A stretch of DNA of 64,000 nucleotides from Nitrospinales bacterium (GTDB lineage Bacteria > Nitrospinota > Nitrospinia > Nitrospinales > VA-1): assembly GCA_965223795.1 (NCBI GenBank), contig CBDCXL010000002.1, positions 384,001 to 448,000 on the forward strand, written 5' to 3'. The notes beneath the pieces are model-generated. The model saw nothing but the letters and a program-made list of their open reading frames with translations, made no database searches and was not told where the DNA came from. Below, in pieces: positions 41,099-50,952 of the stretch (position 1 is the first letter of the stretch; the number at the start of each line of letters is the position of its first letter). The position numbers were made by a program, and so were the translations under genes.

Positions 41099-43382
41099 GC
41101 CGTACTCCCCCCCTTCCGAAGAACACCTCCGCAGGAAAAAAAAGCGAACGCAAAAGACGATCGCCGCGATCCTCATCTCGCTGGTGGGGCTCACGGCCGT
41201 CGAGAACTATTTTCTGCAGCAGGGGACCAGCGCCCCCATCGCCAACAACATCGCCGTCCTGGCGCTGTTCAACATCATTCTCATCCTGCTGTTTCTGCTG
41301 ATCGTCCTGATCGCCCGCAACCTGGTCCAGCTTTACAACGAACGTAAAAGCAAAATCATCGGGTCCAAGTTCCAGACCAAACTGATCATCGCGTTTTTAA
41401 TCCTGGCGCTGGTGCCCTCGATCCTGCTGTTCACCATAGCGAGCAAGCTGTTCACCTACAGCATCGGCAACTGGTTCAGCCTGCAGGTGGAGCAAACGCT
41501 GGACCGCTCGATGGAGGTGGCGCGGGACTACTATTCCTATCTGGAAAAGGGCGCGCTCTCCAAGGTGATGCACATCGAGCGCTTCATCATCGACAACGAG
41601 CTGTATCTGCAGAAAAACCGCGACAAGCTGAAGGAGCTGGCCGAAGCCAAGGTGAGCGAGTATGAGCTGGGCGGGCTGGTGGTGTACGACAACCAGAAAG
41701 CCGAGGTGGTGTCGGTCTACAACACGGAGCTGATCCGTCAGGGCCAGAACCTCGACTTTCAGGACCTGATTCAAAAGAGCGTCGGCGGCGAACGGGTATC
41801 CGAAATCCGCTCCTCCAACCGCAACACCTTTCTCGTGGTGGTGGAGCCGCTCACCGAGTCGCACAAGGCCGACCTTTCGGTGTGGGGCTACATCGTCACG
41901 CTGACGCATGTGCCGCAGAATTCGCTCGGCCGCATCGAAGCGATCCGCAGCACCTACGAGGACTACAAGCAGCAGAGCTTCCTCAAGCTGCCGGTCAGCG
42001 CCAGCTACTACATCACCTTTCTGCTCATCACCCTGCTGATCCTGTTTTCGGCTATCTGGCTGGGGTTCTACATGGCCCGGGGCATCACCATCCCCATTCA
42101 GGAACTGGCCGAAGGAACGCGCCGGATCGCCGAGGGAGACCTGAATTTCAAGATCGGCGTGCGCGCGCAGGATGAAATCGCCATCCTGGTCAACTCGTTC
42201 AACCAGATGACGGCGGAATTGAACGAAAGCCGGCAGAGCATCCAGCAGGCGCACGAAAATCTGCAAAACTCCAACCAGGAGCTGGAGCAGCGGCGCAAGT
42301 ACATCGAGACCATCCTGGAAAACATCGGCGCCGGCGTGGTGTCGGTGGACAAGCGCGGCCACATCACCACGTTCAACAAGGCGGCCGGCAAGATCCTGGG
42401 ACTCAAGGCGCCGGATGTGTTCGGCGCCAATTACCGCGATGCGTTCACGCCTTCGCTGCTCAGGCCGATCCGCGGCATGATCCGCAAGATGAACGAGATG
42501 AGCGCCGGCGCTCTGGAGGAGCAGATCGAACTGAGGGTGGACGACAACCCGCTCACGCTGCTGGCCCGCATTCAGGAACTTCGGGATCAAAGCGGCAAGT
42601 ACCTGGGCCTGGTGATCGTGTTCGACGATCTGACGCAGATGATCAAGACGCAGAAGGTCGCCGCCTGGAAGGAAGTGGCACAGGGGATCGCGCACGAAAT
42701 CAAAAATCCGCTCACCCCCATCCAGCTCAACACGCAGCGGCTGCGCAAGAAATTCTACGAGGACAAAAAGGATTTCGACCGCGTGTTCGAGGAGAGCATC
42801 TCCATCATCTCCCAGGAAGTGGAAGGCATGAAGGAACTGCTGAACGAGTTTCTGCGGTTTTCCCGCATGCCCACGGCGAACCCCCGTCCCAGCTCGCTGC
42901 ACAAGATCATCGACGACGTTTCGATTTTGTATTCCGACCGGACCGAAAACGTGACGCTGGAAAAACTCTTCGACCCGAACATCCATCTCATGGAAATCGA
43001 CCCGGAGCAGTTCAGGCGGGTGTTCATCAACCTGTTCGAGAACGCGCTCGACGCGATGGAAGGCGAAGGCCGGATCCGCATCCGCACGCACCTCAACACC
43101 GTGGAGATGAAGGTCCGCATCGAATTTTCAGACAACGGAATCGGGATCGCGGCGGAAGACATGAACAAGCTGTTCCGCCCCTATTTCACCACCAAGAAAC
43201 GCGGCACCGGCCTGGGGCTGGCCATCGTCCACCGGATCGTCAACGACCACAACGGCACCATCCAGGTGCGGGAAAACGCGCCCAAGGGCACGCTGTTTCT
43301 CATCGACCTGCCCTACTCTCCCACCGCGATGCAGGCGGGGACGCTGGAACCCGGGACCCTGTCCAAAATCTCGACATTCTGA
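41073..43382 (+). CDS. NtrY-like HAMP/PAS sensor histidine kinase
   Basis: TMs, HAMP, PAS, AWKEVAQGIAHEIKNPLTPIQL H-box, N/G1/F/G2 boxes. Confidence 0.92.
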   Translation: MSSGLLTNKPYSPPSEEHLRRKKKRTQKTIAAILISLVGLTAVENYFLQQGTSAPIANNIAVLALFNIILILLFLLIVLIARNLVQLYNERKSKIIGSKFQTKLIIAFLILALVPSILLFTIASKLFTYSIGNWFSLQVEQTLDRSMEVARDYYSYLEKGALSKVMHIERFIIDNELYLQKNRDKLKELAEAKVSEYELGGLVVYDNQKAEVVSVYNTELIRQGQNLDFQDLIQKSVGGERVSEIRSSNRNTFLVVVEPLTESHKADLSVWGYIVTLTHVPQNSLGRIEAIRSTYEDYKQQSFLKLPVSASYYITFLLITLLILFSAIWLGFYMARGITIPIQELAEGTRRIAEGDLNFKIGVRAQDEIAILVNSFNQMTAELNESRQSIQQAHENLQNSNQELEQRRKYIETILENIGAGVVSVDKRGHITTFNKAAGKILGLKAPDVFGANYRDAFTPSLLRPIRGMIRKMNEMSAGALEEQIELRVDDNPLTLLARIQELRDQSGKYLGLVIVFDDLTQMIKTQKVAAWKEVAQGIAHEIKNPLTPIQLNTQRLRKKFYEDKKDFDRVFEESISIISQEVEGMKELLNEFLRFSRMPTANPRPSSLHKIIDDVSILYSDRTENVTLEKLFDPNIHLMEIDPEQFRRVFINLFENALDAMEGEGRIRIRTHLNTVEMKVRIEFSDNGIGIAAEDMNKLFRPYFTTKKRGTGLGLAIVHRIVNDHNGTIQVRENAPKGTLFLIDLPYSPTAMQAGTLEPGTLSKISTF

Positions 43383-43509
43383 GGCTTTCCGCGGCCTTTG
43401 CCGCAAGGCGTTTTTGGTTTAAAATGGGGACCGTTCCCAATCGGAAACCTGATCGCCGAACCAGGCCGCCTGAACGGACCGGCGGCGGATTTAAAAAAAT
43501 TCTAACGAC

Positions 43510-43758
43510 ATGAAAAATCCCCTGTCCATTCCGCTGGACCCGAATCTGTTCGACCGCCTCAAAGCCCATTGCGGCGAAGACGAAGCCGCCATGCAGGCCT
43601 TCATCGTGGAGGCCGTCGAAAAAGCGCTGGCCGGGAAAAAGGAAAAATCCGGCGAAACCAAGTCGGAACCTTCGCCGGACAAACCGGATCTGGAAGATTA
43701 TCTCAAAAAAGGCCGTTCCGGCAGCCGCTCCTACGGCGTCAAGGGACAAGGATGGTGA
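43510..43758 (+). CDS. small hypothetical protein, ribbon-helix-helix-like N-terminus
   Basis: LSIPLDPNLFDRLK...FIVEAVEKAL strand-helix-helix pattern. Confidence 0.6.
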   Translation: MKNPLSIPLDPNLFDRLKAHCGEDEAAMQAFIVEAVEKALAGKKEKSGETKSEPSPDKPDLEDYLKKGRSGSRSYGVKGQGW

Positions 43759-43783
43759 ACCCACTGCAACGGCGGATCGACCC

Positions 43784-45211
43784 ATGACACGCATACATGA
43801 TTTTCTCATCGGCAAACAATGGCACCGCAGCGTCGAGACGGCGCCGGTGATCAACCCTCACACGCAGGAAGCCTTCGCGGAGGTCTCGCTGGCGGACGCC
43901 GGTGAAATCGAGCGCGCGATCGAGCTTGCGGAAAAGGCGTTCGCTATCTCGCGCACCCTGCCCGCCTACGTGCGCAGCCGGATCTGCGCGGACATCGCCA
44001 ATGGCATCCGCGGCCGGTTCGACGAATTCGCCCGCACGCTGGCGATGGAATCGGGCAAGCCGCTGGTGTTCGCCAAGGGCGAAATCAACCGCTCCATCTC
44101 CACCTTCACCATCGCCTCGGAAGAAGCGCTGCGCCTCAACGGCGAGGTGCTGACGCTCGACATCACCGAACCGGCGGCGGGCAAGGCGGGGCTCACCCGG
44201 CGCTTTCCCATCGGCCCGGTGGCGGGGATCAGCCCGTTCAATTTTCCGCTCAACCTGGTCGCGCACAAGGTGGCGCCGGCTCTGGCCTGCGGCAACCCCA
44301 TCGTGATCAAGCCCTCGACGACGACGCCGCTCACCGCCCTGCTGCTGGGCGAGGTGGTGCTGGAAACCGAAGCGCCCGAGGGGATGTTCAGCGTGCTGCC
44401 CTGCCGGGGGAAAAAGGCCACGCCGCTGGTGGAGGACGACCGCTTCAAGATGATCACCTTCACGGGCAGCGTCGGCGTCGGCTGGGACATCAAGCGGCGC
44501 GCCGGCAAAAAGAAGGTCGTGCTGGAACTCGGCGGCAACGCCGGGGTGATCGTGGAACCGGACGCGGACCTGGACATGGCGGCCAGGAAGGTGTGCTTCG
44601 GCGCGTTCGCCTATTCGGGCCAGGTGTGCATCTCGGTGCAGCGCTGCTACGTGCACGAAACGGTGTTCGACGGATTCAAGGACCGCCTGCTCAACGAAGT
44701 GGCGGCGCTCAAATCCGGCGACCCGCTCGATGAAACGGTGAACTTCGGCCCGATGATCGATCTGGAAAACGCGGAACGCATCGAAGACTGGACAAAGCAG
44801 GCGAAAGACGGCGGCGCCACGGTTCTGACCGGCGGCACGCGCGAGGGGACTTACTTCGCGCCGACGGTGCTCACGGGCGTCGATCCCAAGGCGGAGGTGT
44901 CCTGCAACGAGGCGTTCGGGCCGATTTTGGTGCTCGAGCCCTATTCCGATTTCGACACGGCGGTGAACTGGACCAACGATTCGGCTTACGGGCTGCAGGC
45001 GGGGGTCTTCACCAACCAGTTCGATAAAACCATGCAGGCGTTCAACCGGCTGGAGGTGGGCGGCGTCGTGGTCAACGATGTGCCGACGTTCCGGGTGGAC
45101 AACATGCCCTACGGCGGGGTCAAGAATTCCGGCTTCGGCCGCGAGGGCCTGCGTTACAGCATGCAGGAAATGACGGAAATCAAACTTCTGGTGCACAACC
45201 AGCATTTATGA
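43784..45211 (+). CDS. NAD(P)-dependent aldehyde dehydrogenase
   Basis: PFNFPL, FTGS, LELGGN, GQVCIS, EAFGP. Confidence 0.95.
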   Translation: MTRIHDFLIGKQWHRSVETAPVINPHTQEAFAEVSLADAGEIERAIELAEKAFAISRTLPAYVRSRICADIANGIRGRFDEFARTLAMESGKPLVFAKGEINRSISTFTIASEEALRLNGEVLTLDITEPAAGKAGLTRRFPIGPVAGISPFNFPLNLVAHKVAPALACGNPIVIKPSTTTPLTALLLGEVVLETEAPEGMFSVLPCRGKKATPLVEDDRFKMITFTGSVGVGWDIKRRAGKKKVVLELGGNAGVIVEPDADLDMAARKVCFGAFAYSGQVCISVQRCYVHETVFDGFKDRLLNEVAALKSGDPLDETVNFGPMIDLENAERIEDWTKQAKDGGATVLTGGTREGTYFAPTVLTGVDPKAEVSCNEAFGPILVLEPYSDFDTAVNWTNDSAYGLQAGVFTNQFDKTMQAFNRLEVGGVVVNDVPTFRVDNMPYGGVKNSGFGREGLRYSMQEMTEIKLLVHNQHL

Positions 45212-45226
45212 ACGGAGTATCGGGGA

Positions 45227-45649
45227 ATGTCTGAAAGTCAACGCTTCACCGACAACGGCGACGGGACGGTGACGGATCACAAAATGAACCTGATGTGGAA
45301 AAAAAACGATTCCTTTCAGGACATGCAGAAATGGCTCAACTGGTTCAAGGGGCAGGATTATGTGGAGATCGCCAATCTGGAGCGGTTCGCGGGGCATGAG
45401 GACTGGCGTTATCCCGACGAGGAGGAGGCCTGGAGCCTGTTCGAGCTCAACAAGCGCAACACCGACAAGTACGGCGACGACATCTACCTCGACCCGGTGT
45501 TCGCCCCCGGCAGCGCGGGCACGACCTGGACGCTCGCCGAAAAGGACTCCTCGGCTCTGGTGATTCAATACGAGGACGGGCAGAAGGTGTGGCCCTCCAA
45601 GTACGCCAACCTCAACATGGCCTACCGCATGGTGCGGCCGCTTTCCTGA
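45227..45649 (+). CDS. DUF1566 (Lcl C-terminal) domain protein
   Basis: RFTDNGDGTVTD..LMW, GHEDWRYP..EE, C-terminal YRMVR. Confidence 0.85.
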   Translation: MSESQRFTDNGDGTVTDHKMNLMWKKNDSFQDMQKWLNWFKGQDYVEIANLERFAGHEDWRYPDEEEAWSLFELNKRNTDKYGDDIYLDPVFAPGSAGTTWTLAEKDSSALVIQYEDGQKVWPSKYANLNMAYRMVRPLS

Positions 45650-45652
45650 TGT

Positions 45653-47257
45653 TCAGTCGCGCTTGATCGCCGCCGACAGGCTGGGCGGGTAGATCACGCT
45701 GACTTCGGGCGCGTCCGGGCCGATGTACTCGAACCACGGCGCCGCCTTGAAGCGGACGGTGGCGATCTGGGATTCGAATTTCTGAAACCGTTTCGGGTGC
45801 ATCCGCTGCACGCCCAGCTCCAGATTCACCACCCGGTTCGGCGGAAGCACGAGATCGGTCCCTGAGGATTGTTTGAGATCGATCGCCACCGAGCCGTTGC
45901 CGCCCTGCGTCACCATGTGGCTGCCTTCGGCCAGGGGACCGCGCATGCCGTCCATGGTGAGCCGCCAGAGGTAGCGGCTGTTGTAGCCGCGCGCGTGCGC
46001 CACCGGCAGCGCCGGGTCGAGAAACTGCAAACGGTTGTGTCCGTCCTCCCGAAAAAAATAGACGTTGGCCGGCGCCCACTTGGCGAGATTCTTCTGAAAA
46101 TTGTCGCGCCCCATGCGAAAGCAGCGCTCGTTCTTGAGCAGCTCCTTCACGGTAACCCGTTTTTCGCGGATGAGGGTCTTGCGCAGCTCCAGCGCTTCGG
46201 GTGCCTGCAGGTAGCAGCTGCCCATGCCCAGAATCGGGTCCCACTCGCGGGAAGGGTTGTCCTTGAGCACGCCGTTCAGGGCCGCGACGAGCTGCTTTTC
46301 CAGCTTCGGGTAATAGCCGCGGCTCACTTCGATCAGGACGCGCACGGCCTGTTCCCAGTTTTTACGCTCGAGCGCGTCGTTGAAATCCGCGAGCACCACT
46401 TCCTCAAACGTCCCGCCCTGCGCCTTATCCTTAAAATACTCCTTGCCCATAAACACGCGCTCTTTTAAAAACTGGTAGCGCGCGGGATGGCTGTACCTGA
46501 AATAGGGATAGTGGATGTAGGCCGCCACCGAGTTGGCGAAATCCTCCTGCAGGTTCTGCCGCGAATAGGTGGGCAGATGGCGGCGGGAAACGGGCGCGTA
46601 GTTGTCGATTTCCGGCCGGTTGAGGAACGTGTAGAGAAAATCGTCGCCCTCCTTGCCGTCGAGGGCGGGGAGGTTGAGCGTCTTGAATCCTGAGATCGCC
46701 AGCCATTCGCCGGAAAAGGAAATGAACCCGTGCGCCATGTCGAAGGCGTGGCTCATTTCGTGGTGAACGATGTTCCTGAAATCCTCGGGGTCCTCGTAGA
46801 ACAGCGGATTGTAAAATTCGATGCGCAGGTCCTGATCCTCAATGAACACTTTATAGGACTTGAGCTGACTTTTGTGGATCGTGACGTAAGTGGGCAGGGT
46901 CGCCGCCGGGATCTCGTCCGGTGCGAAACTGCCCGGCTGCGCCATGAATTCGATCAGGCGGTACAGGCCCTTGAGGCCGGGCAGCCGGTAAAATGAAGGC
47001 GGCAGCTCGGCGAAGGCGGCGTGCATGCGCTTGATCTCATCGTGAGTCCAGGCCTCGCCCAGCCCTTCCAGGTCGTATCCGTAGGCGGCCTTGAACTTGT
47101 CCTTCAGGTCCTGGATTTCCTGGGCGTAGTTGCCCTTGTACTCAAAGAATTTCCGCTTCGGTTTGGGGTCCTCGGCCGCGACCGGCGGCGGCGAAATAAA
47201 CCCAACTAAAACAATAAATAAGGTGCAGGCGGCGAAGGATCTCGAAAGCATTTTCAT
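45653..47257 (-). CDS. exported hypothetical protein with HEXXH zinc-peptidase motif
   Basis: Signal peptide; HHEMSHAFD and YSRQNLQEDFAN motifs. Confidence 0.7.
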   Translation of the reverse strand: MKMLSRSFAACTLFIVLVGFISPPPVAAEDPKPKRKFFEYKGNYAQEIQDLKDKFKAAYGYDLEGLGEAWTHDEIKRMHAAFAELPPSFYRLPGLKGLYRLIEFMAQPGSFAPDEIPAATLPTYVTIHKSQLKSYKVFIEDQDLRIEFYNPLFYEDPEDFRNIVHHEMSHAFDMAHGFISFSGEWLAISGFKTLNLPALDGKEGDDFLYTFLNRPEIDNYAPVSRRHLPTYSRQNLQEDFANSVAAYIHYPYFRYSHPARYQFLKERVFMGKEYFKDKAQGGTFEEVVLADFNDALERKNWEQAVRVLIEVSRGYYPKLEKQLVAALNGVLKDNPSREWDPILGMGSCYLQAPEALELRKTLIREKRVTVKELLKNERCFRMGRDNFQKNLAKWAPANVYFFREDGHNRLQFLDPALPVAHARGYNSRYLWRLTMDGMRGPLAEGSHMVTQGGNGSVAIDLKQSSGTDLVLPPNRVVNLELGVQRMHPKRFQKFESQIATVRFKAAPWFEYIGPDAPEVSVIYPPSLSAAIKRD

Positions 47258-47461
47258 AAAAGCCTCATCGGGCGAATGGGATATCGGAATGCTTTCAGCT
47301 TATCAGATGCGGCGGGCAAATGCGACCGAATGCGGGGGAATAGTTCGGTGTCCGGCTTGCGGATTCCGGCGGGGATTTTTTTGCGGTATCATGCACCTTC
47401 TTACCGGTTTCGACATCTAAACAGCATCATTTCGTCACTTTCAATCAAGGAGGTTTTTTCA

Positions 47462-47935
47462 ATGGCGACGCTGCCTGCAATCGATGAAAAACTGATCAAG
47501 CTGAATCCGGACTGGACGGTGGACAATGCCGCATCCACTCCGCTGGAAAAAGAAGTTTCCATAAACGATTTCAAAGGGAAACGGCTCATCGTGACGCTGC
47601 CCGGCGCGGGGGGATTCTGCAACAAGGAACTGGATCTGGTGAAAGAGAATATGGGGAAATTCAAGGAAGCGGGCGCCGATGAAGTGGTGGTCGTGGTCGG
47701 AACCGACATTCTGACCAACGCGGGCCGCGGGCTGCCGAATCTTCTGCAGGACCCGGACCAGGCCTTCGCCAAGGCCAACAAGCTCAATCTGGAAGGCGTG
47801 CGCAGCCGCTACCTGCAGCGCTCCACCATCGCCGTGGACGCAGCCGGCAATCAGGTGGCCCGCGAAGACGCCGAGCTTCTGGGCTGCCGCCCCTTGAACG
47901 CCCTGGTGGACGTGGCCAAAAAAGCGTTCGGTTGA
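47462..47935 (+). CDS. peroxiredoxin/redoxin-fold protein with atypical active site
   Basis: AGGAGG RBS; DFKGKR..TLPGAGGFC, GADEVVVV, DPDQAFAKA, QRSTIAVD. Confidence 0.75.
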   Translation: MATLPAIDEKLIKLNPDWTVDNAASTPLEKEVSINDFKGKRLIVTLPGAGGFCNKELDLVKENMGKFKEAGADEVVVVVGTDILTNAGRGLPNLLQDPDQAFAKANKLNLEGVRSRYLQRSTIAVDAAGNQVAREDAELLGCRPLNALVDVAKKAFG

Positions 47936-47948
47936 TTTTAAAACAATG

Positions 47949-47982
47949 CCTCCCTGGACCGGTTCCAGGGAGGATTTTTTTT
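47949..47982 (+). terminator. rho-independent terminator
   Basis: CCTCCCTGGA-ccggt-TCCAGGGAGG stem followed by a T run. Confidence 0.9.
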
Positions 47983-48112
47983 GCCTTGCGCCATACTGCC
48001 TGCCCCTGAAACCCCGCGCAGCCGCTTTCCCATTCCACGGCTATTAAATCCAACAATTTAAAGATAAAATAGTTACAATTTAGCGGACCATCGCAACCGG
48101 AGAGCGAGCCAC

Positions 48113-49096
48113 TTGCAAACCCGCCGCACTGAAATCCTGTCGCTGTTTTTCCTGAGTCTTGCGGTTTTCTCCCTGGCTTTCTGTGTCAGCCTGCTGGGGG
48201 ATCTGACCGGCGGCTGGAAAAACGGGTTTCTGCTTTATGTGCTTGAAACCGTGTCTCCGGAAGGGCATGTCAAAAAGACCGAGCCGGCGCATTACCAGGC
48301 CCTGTTCTTCAGCCTGTGGATCTTCTTTTTCAGCCTCATCAACCTCAAGCTGTATCTGCGCAACCCCGATGCGCCCGCCGTCCGGTTCGGGTTCACCTCG
48401 GTTCTGGCCCTGGCTGTTTTTGTTTCCTTTTTCTTCGTCCGCCCCGCTGTTCAATTCATCAACTTCAAGCCGCTGACGCAGCACTCGGCGATTTTCTACG
48501 CGGAAGACGGGGTGTTCGAAACGCTGACGGCGGTGCTGCTGTTTCTCGCCGCCATTTTGTATTTCCGCGCCGCAAGGCAGGCGTCGCGGCTGGGTCACGC
48601 GCTGCCGCTCCGGCTTTTGCTCGGATTTTTTGCACTGTTCTGCCTGTTCTTCTGCATGGAGGAGATCAGCTGGGGGCAGCGGCTGATCGGCTGGGAAACG
48701 CCTGAGTGGGCTAAATCCATCAACTCGCAGCAGGAAACCAATCTCCACAATCTGGTGAACAAGGTGGACGAAGAGGATTTTCTGCTGCGCTACCTGCAGG
48801 TGATCTTCGACCTGTTGTTCTCACTTGCGCTGCTGACGTTCGCCGGGCTGAAAAACCGGATCGCCCACCCGCCGTTGAAGGGGCTTTTGCAGCTGGAAAA
48901 ATTTTATTTTCTCGCCGTCTTCATCGCCTTTGCCAGCCTGCTGCCGCACGAGCTCAACGAAGAATTTCTGTCCCTGTTTTTTTTCATCCACAGCCTGGAT
49001 GTTTTCAAACACTATCGCACGCAGGCAAGCGCGGAAGACACGCCCGCCGATCCAGAAAATACTCTTGTGGAAGCCGAACCCGCCGAAAAATCATGA
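48113..49096 (+). CDS. polytopic membrane protein (EEISWGQR motif)
   Basis: Multiple TMs, EDGVFE, EEISWGQR, NSQQETNLHN. Confidence 0.75.
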   Translation: MQTRRTEILSLFFLSLAVFSLAFCVSLLGDLTGGWKNGFLLYVLETVSPEGHVKKTEPAHYQALFFSLWIFFFSLINLKLYLRNPDAPAVRFGFTSVLALAVFVSFFFVRPAVQFINFKPLTQHSAIFYAEDGVFETLTAVLLFLAAILYFRAARQASRLGHALPLRLLLGFFALFCLFFCMEEISWGQRLIGWETPEWAKSINSQQETNLHNLVNKVDEEDFLLRYLQVIFDLLFSLALLTFAGLKNRIAHPPLKGLLQLEKFYFLAVFIAFASLLPHELNEEFLSLFFFIHSLDVFKHYRTQASAEDTPADPENTLVEAEPAEKS

Positions 49097-50836
49097 ACGG
49101 GAATGACCGATCAGCCGGTGCGGCATGAGCACGCCCTCCCCGGTTTCCAGCCGCACGCGGAGCGCCGGATGCCGTTCGAGTATGGCTTCGCTCTGCGCCT
49201 TCGGCACGAGCAGCAGCGCCTTCGGATTTTCGAGAACCGGGCGCAGCGCGTCCCCGCCATGCAGTTCCTCGACCGGCTTGTCGACGTAATACAACAGGTC
49301 CTCATCGATCGTCCCGTAGTGATATACCGGGCTGTTGCCGATCATCGCGGCGGCCTGTTCGCCGAAGGGCTTGAGCGAAAGGTAGAGATTCAGAGCCCGG
49401 CCGCCGGGCCCGTGCGCCAGGATGAGCACGATGAGCGTCGTCGCGGCCATGACCCCCCAGGCGCGCAGCAGCCGCTTGCGGTTGAGCAGGCGGTGCAGCG
49501 TGAGGGCGATGCCGAACGCCGCGGCCGCGAGGAAGATCAAAAAGAAAGTGTGGGGAAAATGATCGCGGATGAGAAACCGCGCCACCCAGCGGTCGTTGCG
49601 GTGGATGAAACCGGCCTCCTGGATTTTGGCGTTTAGCGCTTCGGGTGAAACCCAGATCAAAAACAGAAAAACCACACCGCCGAGGGCGACGAGCACGGTG
49701 AACAGCCGCAGCGTCCAGGCGGTTCCATTGGCCGGGCCGCCCCCTGCCCTTGCCGTGCCGACCAGCGCGTGCGCGATCAGGAGGACGGCCATGGGATAGG
49801 CGGGCAGCAGATACGCTTCCCGCTTGCCGGGAAACAGCGAGAGAAACAGGATCAGCGTCGCCAGGCACACCGCCGGATACAGCCAGCGGACGTCGCGCTG
49901 TTGTTTCAAGGTCCAGATGAGCGCAACGGGCAGGAACAGGCTCCAGGGCGCGATGCCCTTGAAGATGATGCAAAAATAATAATAGAACGGTTCGTGATGG
50001 ATGGCCACGGTCTCGGTGCCGGTGGTGCGGTCGAACAGTTCGCGCCGGATCATGGCCTGAAACGCCTCGCCCCCTTCCAGCACGCCCGCCGCCAACCAGA
50101 GCACCGCCATCGCCAGCGGAACCAGGAGCAGCCGTTTCCAGGGCACCGGCGACCGGTGCAGGCGCGTGAACACAAATAAAGCAAGCAGCGGGAAAATGAG
50201 GCCCAGCGGGCCTTTGGTCAAAAGCGCCAGCCCCAGCGCCGCGGCGGCGATCCAAGAGACGGTGTTCCGTTCGCGGGCATCGGCATCCTGCGTCATCTTC
50301 CAGAAGGCGGCGAGCGCCACGGTGATGAAAAACGTGAACAGCAGATCGATGCGCGCGTTGGTGCTGAGGTAGGAAAACTGCAGCGCGGTGGCGGTCATCA
50401 CGCCCGCAATGCCGCCTGTGACCGGCGTGAACAGCCAGAACCCGAGAAGCGTGGTCAGAAACACCGTCGCCGCTCCGGCCAGCACCGAAGGCAGCCTGAG
50501 GCTGACCTCATGCACACCGCCCAACAGCTTTGAGCCTGCCAGCGCCGCCCAGTAAAACAGCGGCGGCTTGGTGCGGATGCGCGCGTCGTTGATCTTGGGA
50601 AGCCAGAGGCTGTCGCCGCGGGCCATGTGCTGCACAGGCACCCCTTCCCGCGCCTCGCGCCGCGAGAGGTCCGACTGAAACGTGCACCAGAGAAAAAACA
50701 AAAAGGCGAACCCGGCGGGCCCCCACAGCAACAGGACGCACAGGCGCGACGGTTGCGGAAGGCTTTCAGGATTGGGTTCGGATGGGTTCAAGTCAATCGG
50801 CCGCGAAGGTGAGCGAAAGACGGGCGGAAGGATCAA
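49091..50836 (-). CDS. ArnT/GT-C (family 39/83-like) glycosyltransferase
   Basis: KPPLFYW, RLPSVLA, LTKGP, HHEPFYYY, GKREAYLLPAYP; start uncertain. Confidence 0.88.
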   Translation of the reverse strand: MILPPVFRSPSRPIDLNPSEPNPESLPQPSRLCVLLLWGPAGFAFLFFLWCTFQSDLSRREAREGVPVQHMARGDSLWLPKINDARIRTKPPLFYWAALAGSKLLGGVHEVSLRLPSVLAGAATVFLTTLLGFWLFTPVTGGIAGVMTATALQFSYLSTNARIDLLFTFFITVALAAFWKMTQDADARERNTVSWIAAAALGLALLTKGPLGLIFPLLALFVFTRLHRSPVPWKRLLLVPLAMAVLWLAAGVLEGGEAFQAMIRRELFDRTTGTETVAIHHEPFYYYFCIIFKGIAPWSLFLPVALIWTLKQQRDVRWLYPAVCLATLILFLSLFPGKREAYLLPAYPMAVLLIAHALVGTARAGGGPANGTAWTLRLFTVLVALGGVVFLFLIWVSPEALNAKIQEAGFIHRNDRWVARFLIRDHFPHTFFLIFLAAAAFGIALTLHRLLNRKRLLRAWGVMAATTLIVLILAHGPGGRALNLYLSLKPFGEQAAAMIGNSPVYHYGTIDEDLLYYVDKPVEELHGGDALRPVLENPKALLLVPKAQSEAILERHPALRVRLETGEGVLMPHRLIGHSRS

Positions 50837-50952
50837 TGACGCCCCGGCGGATTGTAGCAGAATTTCGCGGCTGTGTTAGGATGGGAGATGCAACGCGCTG
50901 CGGAAAATCAGGCGTGGCTGCGTGTGGTGTGAATTCAGTTGAGATGCGAAGT

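Noticed and set aside
45227..45649. DUF1566 gene as a diversity-generating retroelement target
   Set aside because: No template repeat or reverse transcriptase seen in the window.
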